Positions 45,565 to 53,425 of a stretch of DNA of 53,425 nucleotides are shown here, piece after piece. The DNA comes from Octopus bimaculoides (lineage: Eukaryota). The stretch is from NCBI RefSeq assembly GCF_001194135.2, contig NC_069002.1, positions 3,665,984 to 3,719,408 on the forward strand. The letters are read 5' to 3'. The first letter of the stretch is position 1. Each line of letters opens with the position of its first letter. The notes under the pieces are model-generated. The model saw only the letters and a program-made list of their open reading frames with translations, ran no database searches and was not told the origin of the DNA. Both the position numbers and the translations under genes were made by a program.

Positions 45565-47400
45565 NNNNNNNNNNNNNNNNNNNNNNNNNNNNNNNNNNNN
45601 NNNNNNNNNNNNNNNNNNNNNNNNNNNNNNNNNNNNNNNNNNNNNNNNNNNNNNNNNNNNNNNNNNNNNNNNNNNNNNNNNNNNNNNNNNNNNNNNNNNN
45701 NNNNNNNNNNNNNNNNNNNNNNNNNNNNNNNNNNNNNNNNNNNNNNNNNNNNNNNNNNNNNNNNNNNNNNNNNNNNNNNNNNNNNNNNNNNNNNNNNNNN
45801 NNNNNNNNNNNNNNNNNNNNNNNNNNNNNNNNNNNNNNNNNNNNNNNNNNNNNNNNNNNNNNNNNNNNNNNNNNNNNNNNNNNNNNNNNNNNNNNNNNNN
45901 NNNNNNNNNNNNNNNNNNNNNNNNNNNNNNNNNNNNNNNNNNNNNNNNNNNNNNNNNNNNNNNNNNNNNNNNNNNNNNNNNNNNNNNNNNNNNNNNNNNN
46001 NNNNNNNNNNNNNNNNNNNNNNNNNNNNNNNNNNNNNNNNNNNNNNNNNNNNNNNNNNNNNNNNNNNNNNNNNNNNNNNNNNNNNNNNNNNNNNNNNNNN
46101 NNNNNNNNNNNNNNNNNNNNNNNNNNNNNNNNNNNNNNNNNNNNNNNNNNNNNNNNNNNNNNNNNNNNNNNNNNNNNNNNNNNNNNNNNNNNNNNNNNNN
46201 NNNNNNNNNNNNNNNNNNNNNNNNNNNNNNNNNTGATAGAAAATTCTTAAATGTAATATGATTAAATATTTTACTTTCTTGCTTTATTCATTTCGTTTCC
46301 TTGAAAAATTCCAAATACCTGTACATAAATAAACTAAGGAACATATCATTCATTTCTTCTGACGAACTTTATTATTATTACCTATATATATATATATAAT
46401 ACAAATAATAAATGAGTATATGCATATATACGTACATGTATGTACATACTTACATCTGCCTGTATATATAGATGCATATCTGGGTACAGGACATTGTAAA
46501 CAAAACGTAGACAAAATGATAAACGAGTACAGAAAACACACAGGCCACATAGAGGACATCTCCTTCATCAGCTTCCCCCATTCTAACACAAGTGTTAAGT
46601 CTGAAAGTAACTGTAAATTTTGTAGCATTCAGTTTTAGAGAATATATTCGCACAGACTTATACGGTGTGTTTTTATACACATATACTTTATGTGCATAAA
46701 CGTACACACACACATTTGTATATATATGAGAGATATATACCGTACTAATGATAACAAAGAGAAAATTTTTTCTTCATTTTTTCATAATTTTTTTTTTTTT
46801 TCTGTTAAATCAATGTTGTATTTCAAAGCTGAAATCATGTGATATTTGTTAATGAAAGAAAATGTTGTCGATATTTATGTTACTGAAAAGGAGCAGTAAT
46901 GTTGTTGTGTCCAAGTGGTGCAGCTTGGCGTTTGAACCATGTGATTAGAGGCTCTAACCAGTGGTATTTTGAAATATTAAGAGCTTTTGTGAGGCATTTG
47001 TCAACATGTTAGAATTATTATATAAATTTATGGAATATACTGTAAATGCTGAAATCCTAATCAAAAACCAGGAATTTATAGAAACTGAGCAATTGTTTTT
47101 GTTTTTTAAGTGCAGTTCTTTTCCTATTTTGTGACTCTGAATTGTTAATCATCATTTGAATATTCAAAATTGTTTTGTAAAGTTATTTTGCAGAAAATTA
47201 TTCTTTTAAAAAGAAATATTTTGCTATTGAAAAACTGTCAAAATTTGATGGCATAATTGGTGGATAAGATGGTTTTTGTTCTTATTTTGTGTTTGGTGCA
47301 AGATTTCAATAATCTCTCTGTCTGTCTGCCTCAAGTGTTTTTGCTATCAGACAAGAATTCCATCCATACAAAAAAACAAAACAAACCATCACCCCAGTCA

Positions 47401-47433
<33 letters not shown>

Positions 47434-50400
47434 CACACATACTTATATATATACATAGCAGTTACATGTATTATTTAAAACAGTTTGATTTGGCTCCTTG
47501 CTAAATCAAACTGTTTTAAATAATAATAATAATAACAATAACAATAATACAGACATACATATTTCATTAGATACACAACTATGTCACCTTTTTCATTTTA
47601 CATTTATTAGTTTGAATCAATAAAATTCATGAATTCATGTTTGACATTTTCAGGCCTTCACATGTCTGAAAATGTATAACATGAATATAGGAATTTTAGT
47701 CTTCCAAACTAACTGTAAAAAAACAAACAAACAAGAAGAAAATATGAAAATTCTAAAATACAGAATATAAAAGTTGAATAGTTCTGTAAGATATCAGAGC
47801 TAACTTAGCTGATCTGTCTGTTTTCTGTTTATTTCATTTAGCATTATATGTGGTCCATCCATGCCAGTATAGACGAATTGATGTTTGAACACAACACAAA
47901 GTGTAGAGCTTTTTTCTCTTTTTTAAAACTAATTCCTTATGTAATGAAAATACTACAACCAGCGTGTGATTAAATCTAATTAATAGATTAGCTAATTCAA
48001 GAAGATATGTAAGTGAAATGAAATATGGAATTTGTAACCCTTAACTGTATCTAGAATAAATTTCTTTATAATCAATCTAAATATTATTGCTAGTTTTATA
48101 AATTTAAACTGGCTGGGACATTTAATGAGCGAAGTTGAGAGAGGAAATCTTAGAAACAGATTTCAATTCAATTTATTTTAATTAAATTTTAATTTTAACA
48201 CTTACAAATAAAATGACAAGATGTTCACAGAATTCGATTCTTTTCATTTAACTGAATTATATCCTGGCAAGTGATGTTGGAATCTGAACGATTTCTTTCG
48301 ACCACTTGCTGGATTTATGATTTCAAAGGAATGAAAGTTAATATATCTCTTTTGAAACAATGACCCCCCATAAAACAGCAGTGAATCCCTGTCACTTGGA
48401 ATTAAAAAAATCAAAAAAAAATCCTCTGATTTTAGAAATCCATTGACTTTCTTCAGAGTGACATTCTTCAAACTGAGAAGTTGGAATTCCAATACGCTTT
48501 TATGTCTTGTGGAGTTGGGAAAATGCTGGGGTGGAGAATTTCAATTCAATTACCCCCTCCACAAAGGCACAGTCATTTGTTTGTATTTTATCTGAATATA
48601 ATCCAGATGGAATACAGCAATGAGGGTTGTCTTTACCTGTCTTGATGCTAAATAATTCACAACTAATTAAAGGGATATAACTGATTAATTATATCTTTTT
48701 AAATAGTTAATAACTGCACTTGTTGCCGGCTTTGTTTGAAGTGCGATGGTAGAAGCAGGGACTTCCACCCATCTTCACCCAACAAAGAATTTTAAGGATA
48801 TACTTCTTGTTAGGTAGAAAAGAATAGAGTTTATCTGGTGGAGGTCTTTGTCAACCAAGCGTCTCATTAATTTGAACTTAGAAAGTAAGGATGGATGAAA
48901 TGCTACGAAGCATTTTACCTGGCCTGCTAAAGAGCCTGCCAGTACACTGCCTTATTCAATAATAATAATAATGATCATATTCACCTCAGTAATATTAATC
49001 CAGAGATTATCCACATCTAAAGAGTGGTCACAACGGTTAAGTAATTCTATCCAAATCTATTGAGCACTTAGGACAAGGTCCAGTGATCATCGGAATATTG
49101 CAACAGGAGTTAGTTTACTACAATAATACAACTGCAAGTAGAGGAACCATTTCTAATATTGATTAGTAGAAAATGAGTACTTAATTGTCTAAATAGAACT
49201 TACACCTCATTAGGATGGGGAAGAGGAGAAGGAACTGCCCCCTCCTCTTGCTTCTCTCTCTCTCTCTCTCATACTTCCTAGTAGTCTCAGATTTGCTACC
49301 AGCCGCTTTTTGTTTTGGCTTCCAGCATTTGTACCAAAATTTTGATCATATTTAGAATTTTAATCTCTTAGTCATTTGGATGGCCCAGTGGTGAGGTTGT
49401 TGCACTATGATTATAAGACCTTGGTTTTCATCCCAGGACCATGTATTGTATTCTTGAGCAAAACATTTCATTTCATGTTGCTCCAGTGTACTCAGCTGTG
49501 AAAGAGTTCCAGCAATAGTCGGGGAGTTAACCCTGTGACAGACTGGCATCCCAGCCAGGGAAGGAGGATTTGTAATTGCCAGAGAAACTAGGTTCACCTC
49601 TAACCTTGGGTGTTAGGGCTCATGACAGACTCAAGTCTAAGTTTAATCTAAAAGACATAAATCTCCAAAGTTCTAAAATTTCATCTCACTCTTAGAGCTA
49701 AGTGGAGGTGCACAACTTAGTGGTGGTTAAGATATTGAGCTCATTATCGTAACATTGTGGTTTCAATCCTGGACTGGGCAATGCATTGTGTTCTTGAGCA
49801 AAACACTTCATTTCATGTTGCTCCAGTCCACTCGGCCAGCAAAAATAAACAATCCTGCGACAGACTGGTGTCTTGTCCCGGGAGGAATATGTATATAGGC
49901 CAGTGAAACCAGGAGACCAGCTTTTACAGACTAATGTGGACTAACCAAATAGCAAGGTCACACACAGTCACATGCATGCATTTTCAAGCACACACACACA
50001 CACACACACACATGCAGACATTTGCCAATCCATACAGATCAACACACACACTCATATTGGCAGTGGTTGGTCAGTAATAGAAACCTGTACAATATTAATG
50101 GGTGTGAGGTGTGTAAATAAGTGTCTTCTTACTTGCCTAAGCTACTGATGTACAAACTTGTTTCTTGCTTTTCTCCCTCTGTCTGGTAATTTGCCAATAT
50201 ATATATTATATACACATATCATTGAAACTTCCAGAAACATCTTATTTATTTAACTCTAACCCTTAACTGCAACAACAGCAACAACAACAACATGGTGGGT
50301 TTTTTTAAAGAACAAAACAAAAAAAAAAGCAAATTGTAAATTGTTGTCGTAGGTAGAGGTTGCCATTACAGGTAAGTAGGTAATGGAGTGTTGTACTTAC

Positions 50401-51149
50401 AAGTAAGTGAATTGATGCACCTAAGCACCCCCCACAACCTTTGTATTTAAAAATAATACATACACACACACACACACATATTTCAGCTAAACTACAGATT
50501 TAGCTCATTATCCTGTATTATCAACTTTGCATTATAATCGAAATTGTTGACATTATCAAGAACACCTGTATCAAGGGGGACGGGTGGCGGGTGGCCTGGC
50601 CCTAATATATTTTTTAGTATCAACACGTTGTTAAAGAAACTCCCTATAGTATTGACGAGATTGTTAAAGAAGTGACAGCACCCGAAAAAGTAAGCAAATT
50701 GCTAAAGATTCTTATCTTAAAGAAATTATCCCTCTTTAAAAAATTGTTAAAGAATGATTCCCACCCCCTACTTTCAAATTGAACAGATTGTTAAATAAAA
50801 AAAAACTTTCTAAAACACACAAAGAAAAAAAATATTGAAGTATAAGAACATAGAATGAAGAGTGTCTGAGAGCAAAGATGAGCTCCCAAGTTCCACAAGT
50901 CAATGTCAAATTCCTCAATGGAATCATTTCATTTATCATTTATGCCACAGATTCCATTTGGGGGAAGGCATGAACATCATAACACCCTCCTGCCTACAAC
51001 CTTCAGCCATATCTGCTTTCACTCTAAATATGAGGCCTTGTATCATCTGTGTGCGTAATTGATATTTTATCTTTTAAAATGCCTTTCTAGTTGTGATGCT
51101 ACTGACGATGATGATGATGTTAGATTTATGTTACATTAAAATGTTGTCA

Positions 51150-51465
51150 AGTCAGTTAAAACGCAAAATACAGAGCACTCACATCACATGTAGCTGGAAC
51201 ACATTGTCAGCCAGTTAAAGCACAAACACAGCCCTCACACTACATATGGCTGGCACATATATATATATATCAGCCAGTTAAAGCACAAACAGAGCCCTCA
51301 CTTGACATGTAGCTGGCATATATTGTGAGCCAGTTAAAGTACAGCTGTCATACCACATGTGGCTGGTACATATTGTCAGTCAGTTAAAACACAAATACAG
51401 CCACATAACATGTAGCTAGCACACACACATATATATATATTGTCAACCAGTTAAAACAAACATAG
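51150..51465 (+). repeat. Imperfect minisatellite, unit about 50-65 bp
   Basis: CAGTTAAA..CACAT(G/A)T(A/G)GCTGG..TGTCAG repeated about 5.5 times. Confidence 0.75.
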
Positions 51466-52281
51466 TGCTTATCTCTCCCACGAACTCCACATGTAGCTTT
51501 GTTTTCTAGTCTCCATACACAACTTTCTAAGTTTCTGCCAATCTGACCTGAACACTTAGCAAATACCAAAACCATTCCAGGTTTGCATTGTGGAGGGAAA
51601 CTTACGGAAAGATATATCTCTTTTTTACTTTTTCTTTTTTTTTTTGATGTGGTGGTGGTGGCGATGATGATGATTGTGGTTAACACTTAGATGGACATGG
51701 ACAGTTCAATACTGAATAGCTTACAACGAATTGTGCTAGTATAGAAGAAAATGGGAATAAATTCACTATTATTAGTAGTAGTGTAAATCAATTTTGCTTT
51801 ACATTCTTCTGGGATGAATAAAATAAAGTACCAGCTACGTACTAAGGTAAAACATAATCAACTATTTCCTTTCCCCTTAAGACAAATTATTGTTGGCAAT
51901 GGGAGGTCAACCTTGCCTTTCATTTTTCCATCTTTATGGTAATATTGATTTGTTGCTAGATTAATTAGAATCTAGGTGTATGAAATATGAAGGGCGCCAG
52001 AATTGGCTGGGTTCTTAGTGTTGAGCCTACAGTACATTGAAGCAACTCATAGTTGTTTGTTAGTGGTATACCGAAAGCATGTATACACACACACACAGAC
52101 ACACATCTATATATATGAATCAAAATAGTTTGCTTCAAATTCGTTGGTCCTCTTGAGTTTCAAACATAATGCTATTTGTCAGCCATTAAACACAAGAGTC
52201 CCAACGCATTTGAATCAAACTGTTCCATACATGTAACTCCCAACAAATTGGTTAAGTGCCCTTCTTCCATTTGTCCAATCA

Positions 52282-52341
<60 letters not shown>

Positions 52342-53095
52342 GGGGCAGTTAGGGTAAATTCCTACTAGCAAATGAAACACATGTAATGATGATTAAATAC
52401 CTAAAACTTTCCAATTTCCTGTTTCCTGAATCTACCTGAGAACTACATTAAGGGTACACATATCTGTGGAAGGCTCAGCCACTTGCATGTTAACTTCACA
52501 AGCAGGTTGTTCTGTTGATCAGATCACCTGGAATCTTCATCATCGTAACTAACAGAGTGCCAGGTATCACCTGTTATTGGTCACTACTCTCATCCAACAG
52601 AGAAAACAACGAACTTCCACCACGACCGCCACCACCAGCCATCTTTATCGATTTCAGTCTCTGAAATTTCTAAACTTCAAATACTAAAATAGTTCCCATA
52701 TATGTACACACATGCACACACACATTTATAACAAATAAAAATCTTCGTATTTACACTTACGCACATATACACATACTCATGCATTTATGTACACACAAGA
52801 ATGTGTGTGTGTGTATGTGTGTGTATATATATATATATAAGTCAGTAAATAGTGGGGTTGTGTTAACCGCACGTGGAGAAATAATAGGAAAATGAAGAAT
52901 AAGGCAGAATGCTAAACTGGAAGCATATTTTAATAAAGATTTGTAACCGGCTTTCATTGTGAAGCAAATTTTCAAGAAGGAGAATGAAAATGTTTTTTAC
53001 AAAGAAGTACAAAATGAAGAAAATAATATATAAAAAACATATATAAAAAATAAATATACCAGTACATTATATTGTCTTTGAGCTGTTGAAGTTCA

Positions 53096-53425
53096 ATGGT
53101 AATCCATGTAGATAATGGTTGGAAAAATAAGGATGCATGAGAATTGAGTTGTGTTAGGTTTTAAAAAAAGGGTTAAAAGTTTCTGTTAAGCAGGAAGTAT
53201 GGAGTCAAAACAGGAAGTGTGTAAGGGGAGACAAATGATTTTAGTTGGAGTTATGAACTCTTTTTCAACTCCAACTAAAATCATTTGTCTCCCCTTACAC
53301 ACTTCCTGTTTTGACACCACACTTCCTGCTTAACATAAACTTTTAGCTCCTTTTTTTAAACCTAACACAACTCTCCATTCTCATGCATCCTTATCTTTCC
53401 AACCATTATCTACATGGATTACTAT
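53096..53425. repeat. Foldback / long inverted repeat running to the window edge
   Basis: Arms 53096-53252 and 53267-53425, 14-nt spacer. Confidence 0.9.

Noticed and set aside
40572-46261. ORFs spanning N runs
   Set aside because: Artefacts of untranslatable gaps.
48244-48492. 82-aa minus-strand ORF (also ORFs at 42703 and 50862)
   Set aside because: No recognisable domain, it crosses a poly-T run, and there is no consistent exon chain.

Overview
AT-rich, microsatellite- and SINE-dense animal genomic DNA with ten N gaps. The repeat landscape suggests a coleoid cephalopod, probably Octopus (inference). Most of the window (1126 to beyond 40497, + strand) is one intron-rich gene for eukaryotic NADH-dependent glutamate synthase (GLT1/GOGAT; fused GltB alpha + GltD beta domains). 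I traced 42 coding exons by hand, all with GT-AG ends and consistent phases (about 2,050 visible codons). The 5' parts of exons 22 and 40 and the whole terminal exon are missing and probably lie in gaps. Introns carry tRNA-derived SINEs, RTE and R4/Dong-type LINE fragments, Tc1-, Tigger- and hAT-like MITEs, minisatellites and a 165-bp-arm foldback. The most unusual feature is in intron 39: a tandem array of a 349-350 bp, highly structured unit. Each unit junction forms a minimal type I hammerhead ribozyme fold with a palindromic helix III, the architecture of a metazoan non-LTR retrozyme. It is in sense orientation to the host gene and flanked by (TA)n. Both cores that are fully visible carry substitutions expected to inactivate them. 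No second protein-coding gene is supportable in 41.4-53.4 kb.
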